Shown one piece after another: positions 1-9,921 of a stretch of DNA of 62,483 bases (positions are counted from its first letter, which is position 1; each line of letters opens with the position of its first letter). The stretch is from a virus. Lineage: Duplodnaviria; Caudoviricetes. The stretch is taken from the IMG/VR virus record IMGVR_UViG_3300036851_000016, positions 1-62,483 of that record. The stretch is one strand, 5' to 3'. Under the pieces are notes generated by a model. The model did no database searches. It worked only from the letters and a program-made list of their open reading frames with translations, and was not told the origin of the DNA. The position numbers and the translations under genes are program-made.

Positions 1-127
1 AAGCTACTACTTATGTAGGTAATGGTGTAAATCCTCGTAATATTCCACTTACACCTACATCTGGTAGGATGCCACTATTTGTATGGGTTCAGCGTAATGG
101 TGGAAATGGTGTATTCCGTGACCCCTC
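1..127 (+). repeat. Exact 127-bp direct repeat of 46275-46401
   Basis: Identical up to position 128 (a) vs 46402 (c); near-identity continues for about 150 more bases. Confidence 0.95.
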
Positions 128-548
128 ACATGCTGGAGCTAATAGTTCTACTTCATCTAACTTTGGTAATACTGCTACAGGAATTACAGCGGTTGCAGTA
201 GACCAAATTACTGTTAGTTCTGATGTTAACGTAAATGGTCAGACATATACTGTTTGGGCTATTTGTGGTGCTGTTGGTGGAATGCTTAATGGAACATACT
301 TTCCTACATACTGTGTGCCTCCTGGCGGAACCCCTCCAGTTCCACCACAAGGAGATATTATTGTAGTGAGTGAGGGTGGCTTAATCTTTAATGGAACTAC
401 TCCATTATTGATGCTACAGAATATTTCTGGTATTTACACACTTCAACCTGGAAAATTGAATGATACACTATATGACCGTCAAACAGGTCAAACTAGTGTT
501 GAAACTCCAATTCTTCCAGTTGCAAAAACGGGGTATGTAGGTGGCTAG
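3..548 (+). CDS. C-terminal part of the large tail/virion protein (5'-truncated at window edge)
   Basis: Homologous to the C-terminus of 43952..46822. Confidence 0.85.
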   Translation, partial: ATTYVGNGVNPRNIPLTPTSGRMPLFVWVQRNGGNGVFRDPSHAGANSSTSSNFGNTATGITAVAVDQITVSSDVNVNGQTYTVWAICGAVGGMLNGTYFPTYCVPPGGTPPVPPQGDIIVVSEGGLIFNGTTPLLMLQNISGIYTLQPGKLNDTLYDRQTGQTSVETPILPVAKTGYVGG

Positions 549-849
549 AAAAGGAACAGGAACAGGCGTAGAATACGAACATCATGTTGTTGGCGTCAGA
601 TTGAGAGTAACTGGCGCAGGCAATCTACAATCTAGATTATCTGGACTGAATGACATTGTCCAAGATACACTAGAAGATATTCCCATGCAAGCTACTAATA
701 GACTTGAACCAACTGTATTAGCCAATATTCAGAATCAGAGAATTCGGTATGAATTATTTACTACTGAATTGAATGAAACGTTTGTTATTAAAAGAATCAT
801 TATCTATGCGAAGCCTGTTGCTACTGAATTTCCGGGCGGTGGTATTTAA
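541..849 (+). CDS. Tail-module protein, possibly detached C-terminal domain of the nozzle/stabilisation protein
   Basis: Conserved in B (46815..47105); beta-rich; tail context. Confidence 0.6.
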   Translation: MARKGTGTGVEYEHHVVGVRLRVTGAGNLQSRLSGLNDIVQDTLEDIPMQATNRLEPTVLANIQNQRIRYELFTTELNETFVIKRIIIYAKPVATEFPGGGI

Positions 850-1223
850 TGGCTATTATTCCTCAACTAGATAGACTAAAAGCACAACTTCTGACAAGTG
901 GATTAAGTCAGAGAAATAATGCTTTGTTTCAAGTCATTAATCAATTGATTGATGCTTTAAGACAGGGCATTAACGAGTTAGAAGGACAGATTACAATCAT
1001 CAATACACCATCTCCGGGTTCAGGTGGTGGAACTATCGTTACTAGTGCTGCACCGTTAGGTGATATTAATTCTAGTGATGAGAGTAACGATGATTGGAAT
1101 TGGGGTCCACAAGGAAAACAGGGTATTCAGGGTAACATTGGATTACAAGGACCACCGGGAATGGATGGCGAAGATTGTGAATGTGAATCTATGCCATTTG
1201 TAGGAACGAGTTTATATCCATGA
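849..1223 (+). CDS. Short tail fibre/adaptor with coiled-coil N-terminus and collagen-like G-X-Y repeats
   Basis: GPQGKQGIQGNIGLQGPPGMDGED; homolog at 47105..47479. Confidence 0.7.
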   Translation: MAIIPQLDRLKAQLLTSGLSQRNNALFQVINQLIDALRQGINELEGQITIINTPSPGSGGGTIVTSAAPLGDINSSDESNDDWNWGPQGKQGIQGNIGLQGPPGMDGEDCECESMPFVGTSLYP

Positions 1224-1651
1224 GTGGATTTTTTGGTCAATTAACATTTCCACAATTTGGATTATGGACTCCTGTAATAGGTGGTAGCACAGGAACATCT
1301 GGACAAACCTATACTAAACAGTTAGGAATTTGGGTGAAATGGGGCAAGTTAGTTATTGCTCAATTTACCGTAGCATTATCAAATAAAGGAGTAATTACAG
1401 GTTCTGCTCAAATCCAAGGATTACCATTTCCTAATTTAACTCTAGCAAATTGGGATGCTGTGGGTCTTATTGGATATTGGGCAAATTTGAATACCGCGTA
1501 TAATATGATTTCAATCATTTTCGGTAGCGGAACAGGTGCTACATTACTTGGAACTACAGGACCACAAACAACACTACCAGCAGTTCCTGTAGCTGATATA
1601 AGTAACACAACAGAAATGATTGGAATTGTTATTTATACATCAGATAATTAG
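1220..1651 (+). CDS. Tail fibre tip / receptor-binding-like domain
   Basis: WTP...Y..Q.G...K.GKLV...GLPF pattern typical of fibre C-terminal domains; strongly diverged from B copy. Confidence 0.6.
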   Translation: MSGFFGQLTFPQFGLWTPVIGGSTGTSGQTYTKQLGIWVKWGKLVIAQFTVALSNKGVITGSAQIQGLPFPNLTLANWDAVGLIGYWANLNTAYNMISIIFGSGTGATLLGTTGPQTTLPAVPVADISNTTEMIGIVIYTSDN

Positions 1652-1659
1652 AGGATAAC

Positions 1660-1986
1660 ATGGCAAAAGTTCAAGTAAGAATGGCTGGTCCGGCTCTAGT
1701 TTCTAATGCTGCCGCGACTAAGTATACAGTTCCAGCTAATCGTAGGGGAATTGTGAGGCATGTTCATGTCCAGAATCCATCGGGTTCTGCTGTTACTTTT
1801 ACTATGTCTATTGGTGCAGATGCTGCTGGCACAAGGATATTTGATGCTTTTAGCATTGGCGCAGGACAAGTTTTAGACCACTATTGTTATTACATTCTTG
1901 CGGCTGCTGAGATTATCCAAGCATTAGCAGGAACTAATAATATTCTTACTCTCACTATCGATGGTGACGAGGAAGTTCTTGCATAA
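1660..1986 (+). CDS. Small virion structural protein
   Basis: AGAGGA RBS; almost identical protein in B (47923..48249). Confidence 0.7.
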   Translation: MAKVQVRMAGPALVSNAAATKYTVPANRRGIVRHVHVQNPSGSAVTFTMSIGADAAGTRIFDAFSIGAGQVLDHYCYYILAAAEIIQALAGTNNILTLTIDGDEEVLA

Positions 1987-2461
1987 TTTCGATTTATTCT
2001 TCGACCGGCTTATAGGTCATGAAGGGCAATATAGTAATGACCCTAATGACCCCGGTGGAGAAACTAATTGGGGCATCTCTAAACGAGAATATCCTCACTT
2101 AAATATCAAGAAACTTACTAGAGCTAAGGCCAAAGAAATTTATCATCGAGATTTCTGGCTTAAAATTAAAGCAGATAAGTTACCAGATGGAGTTGCTTGG
2201 CAACTGTTTGACTTCGCGGTTAATTCTGGTATTCAAACTGCAATTCGATACTTGCAGCGAACTGTAAATGTGGCAGATGATGGATTTTGGGGTCCAATAA
2301 GTCAAGCTGCTGCTGATTCAATGAGTGAAACTGACATGATAATGAGATTAAATGCTGAAAGACTGGATTTCATGACTAAATTAAAGAATTGGCCTCATCA
2401 TGGTAAGGGATGGGCTAGAAGAATTGCTAACAACTTGAGATTTGGAGCAATGGACTCATGA
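1961..2461 (+). CDS. Endolysin, glycoside hydrolase family 108 with C-terminal peptidoglycan-binding domain
   Basis: HEG.YSNDP.DPGGETNWGIS, FDFAVNSG, DG.WGP, GKGWARR motifs. Confidence 0.9.
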   Translation: MVTRKFLHNFDLFFDRLIGHEGQYSNDPNDPGGETNWGISKREYPHLNIKKLTRAKAKEIYHRDFWLKIKADKLPDGVAWQLFDFAVNSGIQTAIRYLQRTVNVADDGFWGPISQAAADSMSETDMIMRLNAERLDFMTKLKNWPHHGKGWARRIANNLRFGAMDS

Positions 2462-2844
2462 TTAGCAGAGCATTAGTTCTTAAAGACTTAGAGAAAATTA
2501 AGAAACTGCATGAGCAGTATTATTCTGAATTTGATTTTCCTGAATTTTTCAGAATGTTAAACGCCTTTGTTATTGAAGATGATAAAGGTGAAATAATTAT
2601 GGCAGGTGGAGTAGAAGGAGTAGCTGAATCTGTATTAGTGACCGACAAATCTAAGAGTGCAATTACGATAGGTCGAGCACTAATAGAGGCTCAGCTAATT
2701 TCAGTTTGGACGTGTAAGAAATATGGAATTAAAGACCTTTACGCTTTTGTGAATAATGATAGCTACGCAAAGCATCTTATTCAACATGGCTTTTCTCCAC
2801 ATGGTCTTACGGCATTGAGTATGAGGGTGCCTAATAATGGGTAA
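2458..2844 (+). CDS. GNAT-fold-like protein preceding the ejection genes
   Basis: LYAFVNN..YAKHL..HGF; position analogous to podovirus gp13-like genes; homolog 48596..48970. Confidence 0.5.
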   Translation: MISRALVLKDLEKIKKLHEQYYSEFDFPEFFRMLNAFVIEDDKGEIIMAGGVEGVAESVLVTDKSKSAITIGRALIEAQLISVWTCKKYGIKDLYAFVNNDSYAKHLIQHGFSPHGLTALSMRVPNNG

Positions 2845-4114
2845 AAAGAAAGAAGAACAGAAAAAGGCTCCAGAACAAGTAATGCAGCAGGCTCAGCAGA
2901 GGTATGAAACTACCATGCAGCCTTCTGAAACTGAGAATCAACAATCTGCATTCGCACAGCAGATGCAAGACCAGTATAATCAAGCCAATCAACGACAGAT
3001 GGCTGATTATGGTAATGTAATGGGTGCGTATCAGCAGTTTAGAGAAGGACTTGGCGGTCCCTCTAATTTCTCATTTAAGAGTGTATCTGCTGAACGTCCT
3101 AAAGAATTAGGTAAAGCCTATGGATACCTTGATGAAGCTATGCCAGGGTATCGTGACTTTGCATCTACAGGTGGATACTCACCTACTGATATACAAGAGT
3201 TACGAGCGCGTGGAGTAAGTCCTATTCGTGCTGCTTATGGTAATACTATGATGCAGCTTGATAGGGCACGTTCATTAGGTGGGGGTGGTGGAGCACCTAA
3301 TTATATCGCTGCATTATCACGTGCGCAGAGAGAACTTCCACAGCAATTAGCTGATGCTACAACCAATGTGAACGCTGGTCTAGCAGATTCCATTAGACAA
3401 GGTAAAATGTTTGGTCTACAGGGAATTACTGGAACTGGTTCTCAAATGGGTAGTCTTGCATCATCTGAAGCTGGCAGAATGTTGCAAGCTGCATTAGCTA
3501 ATCAAGGTGCTGATTTACAGCGTCAAGGAATGGCTGAACAGTCCTTGCAAAATCTACGTCAGAATCAATTAGCATCTATGGGGGGTCAAGCTAGTCTGTA
3601 TGGAACTACCCCCGGACAATCTTCGATGTTTGGTAATCAAGCATTGAATGCTATGCAGATGAGACAAGCATCTGAACAAGCACGTAATCAATTTGGTCTA
3701 GGATTACTTGGTGCTCAGTTGCAGGGATATAATACTCAGGAACAGAATAAAGGAACACCTTGGTGGCAAACTGCTGCACAATGGGCAGGAACTGCTGCAC
3801 CATATGTTGCAATGGCTATGTCTGATAGGAATCAGAAAAATAGCATTGTCCCAATGGATGATAACCTTTACGCTGAATCTAGCAGAACTATTAAGAAACA
3901 TATTAAATCTGCTGGTAACAGTAACTTCACTAAGAAATTGAGAGAACTTCAGCTTTATACGTGGAAGTATAAGGATGATGATTCAGAGACTACACATCTT
4001 GGGCCGATGGCACAGGATTTCAAAAAGAAATTCGGCATAGGTGATGGTAAGACACTTCATCTTGCTGACGTTATGGGAGTAGTTCTAGCATCACAAAAAG
4101 AGGCGGTGAAATAA
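2837..4114 (+). CDS. Internal virion/ejection protein with C-terminal peptidase S74-like chaperone domain
   Basis: Q/A/G-rich helical body; SDRNQKNSI, YTWKY, HLGPMAQDF motifs. Confidence 0.75.
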   Translation: MGKKKEEQKKAPEQVMQQAQQRYETTMQPSETENQQSAFAQQMQDQYNQANQRQMADYGNVMGAYQQFREGLGGPSNFSFKSVSAERPKELGKAYGYLDEAMPGYRDFASTGGYSPTDIQELRARGVSPIRAAYGNTMMQLDRARSLGGGGGAPNYIAALSRAQRELPQQLADATTNVNAGLADSIRQGKMFGLQGITGTGSQMGSLASSEAGRMLQAALANQGADLQRQGMAEQSLQNLRQNQLASMGGQASLYGTTPGQSSMFGNQALNAMQMRQASEQARNQFGLGLLGAQLQGYNTQEQNKGTPWWQTAAQWAGTAAPYVAMAMSDRNQKNSIVPMDDNLYAESSRTIKKHIKSAGNSNFTKKLRELQLYTWKYKDDDSETTHLGPMAQDFKKKFGIGDGKTLHLADVMGVVLASQKEAVK

Positions 4115-5421
4115 TGCCTGATTGGATGCAGATGTTAAGACTTAAGAATCTATTTGGTATGCCAGATATTGCTGGTCCTCAACCTTCTATACCCGGTATA
4201 GCTGGTGGGGATTTCAGCGATATGTTTGCACCAAAATCTGACCCTTATGGTAATCTCTCATTTGGTCCACAACAAATAGAGAATCCACAAGCTATGGCTC
4301 AAATGAGTAGTCCACAACAGCCTAGTAATGTAATGGATATTGGCAGTATGATGGGTGAACTCTATAAACCCGAAACTGCTGCAACTGATAGATTTAATGA
4401 AATACTAGGACAATATCCTCAAATGGAAAAACCGGGATGGCTTAAAGTAATTGGAGCCACATTAGCTGATAGAGCTAGACCTGGAACTGGTATGTCAGTA
4501 ATAGAAGGTGATAGAGGTAGAAAACTTGCAGATTGGAAGAACCAAATTGGTCCCGCTCGAGATGCTGCAAGTTTAGAGAGACAGTCTAATGTCAATGAAA
4601 GAACAATGGCATATCAGACTATTTCTCAGCAATTACGTGCTAATGCAGATGAAGCACGCGCAAATAAGGATGAAGCACGGACTAAGATAATGGCAGACCG
4701 TGCTGAAGTTTATAGACTTAAATCTCTACGTGGTAATTTCAGATTCGACTTTAGTGGGCCTGAAGTTCTCATGGCTGACCCCAATACTGGTAAAGTTACC
4801 AGGACTGGTATTTCTACTGGTTCTCTATCTGAAGCTGATAAGATGGCATTACAGCAAGAGGATGCATTAGAACGTATTGGTGAGCAAGGTGCCCAAACTA
4901 GAAAGACAGAAGAATTACGTCAGACTGGTAGAGAAGGATTAGCAGAAACTCGTGGATGGACTGCATTCAATACTGCTGATGGTAAGACTATTCTTGTCAA
5001 TCAAATTACTGGTGAAACTAAACCTCTACAAACTGAACAAGTAGGACCATTAACTAGACCTACTGGTGCTAGAGGAACAGGTGTGGGGCAAACTCCAGCG
5101 GCATTAAAAGTTCAACAGTTTAATGCTGCTCGTGAATTTAAGCAAAGAAATCCTGACCTTGGTAAATACATTAAACTTGGTTCGGATAATAACTTTGATA
5201 TTACCACACCGGGTGGATGGAGCGGACCTACTAAAGAACAGTATGACCAGATTGTGGCTGCTGTTCATGGTGAAAATATTCCTATCAATCAACCTGGTAG
5301 AACAGGTGCAACTACTAAACCACAAGGTATCAGAGTTAGAGACCCTAAAACTGGTAAAACTGGAACATACACTGGAACTGCGGAACAAGCAAAAAAAGCT
5401 GGTCTTACAGTCATAGGATAG
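4114..5421 (+). CDS. Internal virion/ejection protein 2
   Basis: Position and composition; homolog 50300..51667. Confidence 0.6.
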   Translation: MPDWMQMLRLKNLFGMPDIAGPQPSIPGIAGGDFSDMFAPKSDPYGNLSFGPQQIENPQAMAQMSSPQQPSNVMDIGSMMGELYKPETAATDRFNEILGQYPQMEKPGWLKVIGATLADRARPGTGMSVIEGDRGRKLADWKNQIGPARDAASLERQSNVNERTMAYQTISQQLRANADEARANKDEARTKIMADRAEVYRLKSLRGNFRFDFSGPEVLMADPNTGKVTRTGISTGSLSEADKMALQQEDALERIGEQGAQTRKTEELRQTGREGLAETRGWTAFNTADGKTILVNQITGETKPLQTEQVGPLTRPTGARGTGVGQTPAALKVQQFNAAREFKQRNPDLGKYIKLGSDNNFDITTPGGWSGPTKEQYDQIVAAVHGENIPINQPGRTGATTKPQGIRVRDPKTGKTGTYTGTAEQAKKAGLTVIG

Positions 5422-5422
5422 T

Positions 5423-7393
5423 ATGCCTGAATTTATTCCAGATGAACCAGATGAACAGCCACAGTTCATACCTGATGATGAACCGGCTTTTCAACCATCT
5501 GTTCAAGCATTACCTACTGCGCCTCCATCATTCTTAGAAAGTGCATATAAGAATGTATTTGAAGCGCCTGAATTTATTACAGGTGCAGCCAGTAGATTTG
5601 CTGAATCTTTGACACCTGGTCCTACACCTACTGGTGGAATTATAGATGCATTCCGTGCAATACCTGATGTTGCGCGAGGAATGATTAATGAACCAGTAGC
5701 CACTATGAAAGGATTTCTAGGTGGTGCTACTGAAGGTGCAGCATCATTAGCTAGTCCTGCTAATATTGCTACGCTTGGACGGGGGAAATTACCACAAATT
5801 GCATCACAAGTATTGGGTGGTGCTCAGGCCATGCATGGTGCTGGTGAATTAATGGAAGGTAATGTTGGTCAAGGATTAGCTGAAATTGGTTTTGGTGGAA
5901 TGGGTATGAAACCCTCTCCTAAACCTATTGCACCTATGGCTCCTAAAGCAGTTGAGCCACCAATTACAGCAGAATCATTTGGACCTGATTTCTTTAAGCC
6001 TCCTGAGGCTACTACTGCTCCACCACAATCAGCATCTCAAAGGATGCTACCATTTAAGCCTATATCTACTCAGGCTGAACCTTTGCTCAGAAAAATAGTA
6101 GATAAAGAACCTGAGAAAGCTGGTCCAATTAGAGAGGCTTGGAACTTATCGCGAGGATTAATGGCAGTAGATTTGCCATTCATTACCTCTGCTGGATTCA
6201 GACAAGCACTACCTTTAATTGGAACTAAGAATTGGGCTAAAGCATGGATTCCATCAGTCCAATCTTATGGTTCTACGAAGGCATTTGAAGCACATCGTGC
6301 GATGCTTAATGCTGACCCATTAGTTCAGCGTAAGATTGTTCCTGTAATGAATCAAGAGGGTAAACAACAGATTCAAGCAGGTAGACCTGTATACAAGGAA
6401 ACTCCCTCAATTACTGAACAAGCAGGACTTAGATTTACTGACTTAAAAAATCTGTCTAGTCGCGAAGAATCTATACGTTCTACACTAGCAGAGAAAATAC
6501 CGGGTTGGGGTAAGGTAGTTAAAGCTTCTAATCGTGCATATACAGCATATCTAAATGACCTTCGTTTGGGTGCATTTAGGAATATGTATGAAGCTATGCC
6601 CGATAAGAATAATATGGTTGCATTGAAGCAATTAGGTGATGCAGTCAATACATTTACTGGTGCTGGTCCACTTAGAACTACGCTTCCCGGTGGTAAAGAA
6701 ATATCTGCTGAACGATATGTATCTGGTTTGAGCGAAGTTTTATTTGCTCCTAGACTTATCGCTTCAAGAATGCAGATGTTGAATCCTGCTAACTATACTA
6801 TGACTCAACCTCAAGTGAGGAAGGAATATCTTAAATCAGCACTAAGAACAGCAGGTGCGTGGACTAGTGTTGCTGGATTAGCATCTATGAGTGGAATGGG
6901 TGAAGTAACTCTTGACCCAAGGTCAGCAGATTTTGGTAAGGTTAGAATTGGTAATACAAGACTAGACCCTGCTGGCGGTTTCCAACAGTTTATGGTTCTT
7001 GCTGCGCGAATGGCATCTAATCAATTCACATCTACTATTGAGCCTCGTGAAACTCAAACGTTAGGTGAGGAATTTGGTGGTAAAACTCGCGGTTCCCTAC
7101 TACAAGATTTCGTGACCAACAAACTACATCCATCAGCTAAATACTTCTACGATTCTGTATTTGCTGATAGATACAAATCTTTTGGAGTGATGGATAGAGC
7201 TATTCAATTAGCCGTTCCCATGCTCAGTAAAGATTTGCTTGAAATCGCTAAAGAATCACCCGAACTATTACCCGGAATTGCAGCATTAACTAGTGCAGGA
7301 ATGGGAACTCAACACTATTCTGGTGTTGGAGAGTTTGATGCTCCACTAGTTCTTCCACGTGAATATGACATAGTATTAGGGGGTAGAGAATGA
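5423..7393 (+). CDS. Internal virion/ejection protein 3
   Basis: FIPDE repeat N-terminus, G/A-rich helices; homolog 51649..53790. Confidence 0.6.
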   Translation: MPEFIPDEPDEQPQFIPDDEPAFQPSVQALPTAPPSFLESAYKNVFEAPEFITGAASRFAESLTPGPTPTGGIIDAFRAIPDVARGMINEPVATMKGFLGGATEGAASLASPANIATLGRGKLPQIASQVLGGAQAMHGAGELMEGNVGQGLAEIGFGGMGMKPSPKPIAPMAPKAVEPPITAESFGPDFFKPPEATTAPPQSASQRMLPFKPISTQAEPLLRKIVDKEPEKAGPIREAWNLSRGLMAVDLPFITSAGFRQALPLIGTKNWAKAWIPSVQSYGSTKAFEAHRAMLNADPLVQRKIVPVMNQEGKQQIQAGRPVYKETPSITEQAGLRFTDLKNLSSREESIRSTLAEKIPGWGKVVKASNRAYTAYLNDLRLGAFRNMYEAMPDKNNMVALKQLGDAVNTFTGAGPLRTTLPGGKEISAERYVSGLSEVLFAPRLIASRMQMLNPANYTMTQPQVRKEYLKSALRTAGAWTSVAGLASMSGMGEVTLDPRSADFGKVRIGNTRLDPAGGFQQFMVLAARMASNQFTSTIEPRETQTLGEEFGGKTRGSLLQDFVTNKLHPSAKYFYDSVFADRYKSFGVMDRAIQLAVPMLSKDLLEIAKESPELLPGIAALTSAGMGTQHYSGVGEFDAPLVLPREYDIVLGGRE

Positions 7394-9024
7394 AGATTGC
7401 ATTGAAGGCATTTAATCAACTATATGTCTCCGCAGAATTAGGTGGGGGTATATATTTTGATAATGGCGAGGCAGTTCATTGTAATAGAGAAGTCCAGAAT
7501 ATATGGGAAGAACTTCAAGAGGTTCTTCTTGCAAATGGAAAGGTAGCTTTCCAAACATATTCTGGTAACTTCCTAACTGCTGAAGATGACAAGATTCATG
7601 TCTCTACTAACAGGGATGCTGTTGGTCCTTGGGAAGAATTTCAATGGATAGGTAAGAAATTAAAGACCCATCATGGAACGTTCCTATCTGCTAGATTAGA
7701 TAAAGAAAATGTTCCACTAGAACAGGTTCCTAATGGAGATATTTGGGAAGATTTCGAGAGAATTCCATTAGAAGTTCCTGTTCCTCCTCCTGGTGATACT
7801 AGAAAAGGATTAGTTCGTGCAGATGGTCGTGCAGTAATTGACGATACAGGTTCATTCCATCCACTTGGACTTACATTCTTCTGGGCACTATTTGGATGGA
7901 AGAATGAGAGAGATAGAATCCATCAACATTTGAGTTGGTTGCGCCAGTTCAAATATGACTATCTTCGTATACTATGTGAAGTCAATTGGGAAGGTCGTAG
8001 TATTGACCCTAATTGGCCTGACTATGAGACTATATTACGTGAGTTCGTAGATACTGCATACGACATTTACGGACTGAGAAGTGAACTAACTCTAGTAGGT
8101 GGCAAATATAAATCTGGCTTAGAACAGAAGGTCAGAAATGCCATGAGTGGAGCAGACCATAAAGTCATTCATTATGAAGTGGCTAATGAGTGGCAGAGAC
8201 TGGATAAAATCACTGAATCAGATATGGTTCGCGTAGGCAAATGGCTGCGCAACAATACTCCTAACTTAGTTGCATTATCTGGAAATGGTGGAATTGGTGC
8301 AATGAAGGATTTAGCTAAACAAGCTGGAACCAACATGCATACATTCCACACGCGCAGGTCATCGCATGATAACTATTGGTCTCATGTCCGACAAGGATAT
8401 GACCTTAAGGAATTTGAAAGTGTAACTTCAAATAATGAACCTCAGGGACCACAATCATCAGTTGCTGAGGATAGTAATCCATTAAGACTATCTATGGCTC
8501 GTGCTACTGGTATAGTCTGTAATGGTGCATTCTACGTTCTGCACGTAGGACAAGGCGTAACTGGTAAAGCTGACCCTAATCATGGTAGACCAGAGAATAT
8601 GTGGGAAGTTCCTAATATTGATTCAATAATGAAAACTGTTAGGGCAATAGATGTTACACTTCCTCCAGGAATTGAGAACTGGCAGGTAGTTAATAACGGT
8701 AGGAGTAATCACCCATTACCATTAGACCCTAGAGTTAATCATCCACAAGGTGGATTCTGGGAAGGTAACGGACCGGGTAGTGTTAATAAGAACTATGCCT
8801 GTATACAAGGCAATAAGTTTGTAATGATTTTGAATGGTGTCAAGAATCCAGTATTTCAAGGAATGACACTATGTGGGACTGCTAGGCAGAATTCTAATAT
8901 CAAGGTGTTTGATATGAGGAATGAAAAAGCGCCTATGCATACTAACGTGAACGCTGGTCAACAATTGTATCTTGAAGGTAGAAACGATACAATGGTGGGC
9001 TACGTTCTACAGGGGAACCTCTAA
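7390..9024 (+). CDS. Fascin-like beta-trefoil domain plus glycoside hydrolase-like TIM barrel
   Basis: IALKA..YVSAE.GGG and NRDAVGPWEEF repeats; HYEVANEW and NNEP candidate clan GH-A glutamates; absent in B. Confidence 0.6.
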   Translation: MKIALKAFNQLYVSAELGGGIYFDNGEAVHCNREVQNIWEELQEVLLANGKVAFQTYSGNFLTAEDDKIHVSTNRDAVGPWEEFQWIGKKLKTHHGTFLSARLDKENVPLEQVPNGDIWEDFERIPLEVPVPPPGDTRKGLVRADGRAVIDDTGSFHPLGLTFFWALFGWKNERDRIHQHLSWLRQFKYDYLRILCEVNWEGRSIDPNWPDYETILREFVDTAYDIYGLRSELTLVGGKYKSGLEQKVRNAMSGADHKVIHYEVANEWQRLDKITESDMVRVGKWLRNNTPNLVALSGNGGIGAMKDLAKQAGTNMHTFHTRRSSHDNYWSHVRQGYDLKEFESVTSNNEPQGPQSSVAEDSNPLRLSMARATGIVCNGAFYVLHVGQGVTGKADPNHGRPENMWEVPNIDSIMKTVRAIDVTLPPGIENWQVVNNGRSNHPLPLDPRVNHPQGGFWEGNGPGSVNKNYACIQGNKFVMILNGVKNPVFQGMTLCGTARQNSNIKVFDMRNEKAPMHTNVNAGQQLYLEGRNDTMVGYVLQGNL

Positions 9025-9036
9025 TTGGAGTTAAAA

Positions 9037-9237
9037 ATGCCACAGATTGCATGGAGAATCATTCTCGTCGTAATCGTCGCTGTGTTTCTCACACTACTAG
9101 TTCCACCAGTACTAGGACTATTGGGAATAACTCTAGCGGGTAATGCATATCAAATCATCAAGATTTGTCTTGCATTAATCGCAGTATTCTACATTATTTG
9201 GGGTGGTCCTGTAGCGTTTCCACCTATAAGAAGTTAG
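9037..9237 (+). CDS. Small two-TM membrane protein (holin candidate)
   Basis: Two hydrophobic stretches; near-identical in B (53790..53990); GGAG RBS before ATG 9037. Confidence 0.6.
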   Translation: MPQIAWRIILVVIVAVFLTLLVPPVLGLLGITLAGNAYQIIKICLALIAVFYIIWGGPVAFPPIRS

Positions 9238-9422
9238 TTCCTTTTTCGCTTTCGTTTGACTGTTAGAGGAGGATTTGCTAAGTCCTTAAATACAATAGCA
9301 AATTCCTCCGCTAACCTTCTCCACTGACGGCACCAGTAAACTGTCTCCTGATAGTTATGGTGCCGTTCACATTTCTGATTAGCTTCCACTTGGTCCAGTA
9401 GTTGTTGTATTGTCCTTACCAT
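9234..9422 (-). CDS. Hypothetical protein
   Basis: Fills the end of the leftward operon with overlapping start and stop. Confidence 0.5.
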   Translation of the reverse strand: MVRTIQQLLDQVEANQKCERHHNYQETVYWCRQWRRLAEEFAIVFKDLANPPLTVKRKRKRN

Positions 9423-9921
9423 GTTTAGTCCTTTGCAACTCTGCTAAGAAAGTAATCACAGCTTGTATATCATAAGGATGTAGGTTATTCGCGTGGCGAA
9501 GGAATCTATCTCTCAAGTCACGACTAGTAGTAGAAAATTCCTCTAGTTGAACCTTATTCAAGGCTAAACGACGGTCACGTCTATCAGCCATCCATAGTGC
9601 AGTAATAACAGCTATATCTCTTTCCGTGTCAGCGATGCTTTCATTTGCTGGAGTTTTGTGTGAACGCTCAAGGTTTGCGAGTCTGTATATCTTTTCAGCC
9701 AACCTACCAACGAAACCAGCATCGTCTGGAGAATGAGCAAACAGGCAAGCCAATTGACCTGCAAAGTGATAATTGCCACACGGATTCTCATTGGACGCAT
9801 AATCATGAGACTTCTTATCATGCGTATCAGCCATTTCTTCCAGTAGGGAATAGAAGGTAGGGCTTCCATGTCGTTCATATCCTTTACCATCTGGATACTC
9901 CTTGCTTCTGTAATTGTCCAT
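9379..9921 (-). CDS. DUF1599/Nmad1-like nucleotide-modification-associated domain protein
   Basis: THDKKSHDYA, RLAEKIYRL, NESIADT.RD pattern; homolog 53947..54402. Confidence 0.65.
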   Translation of the reverse strand: MDNYRSKEYPDGKGYERHGSPTFYSLLEEMADTHDKKSHDYASNENPCGNYHFAGQLACLFAHSPDDAGFVGRLAEKIYRLANLERSHKTPANESIADTERDIAVITALWMADRRDRRLALNKVQLEEFSTTSRDLRDRFLRHANNLHPYDIQAVITFLAELQRTKHGKDNTTTTGPSGS

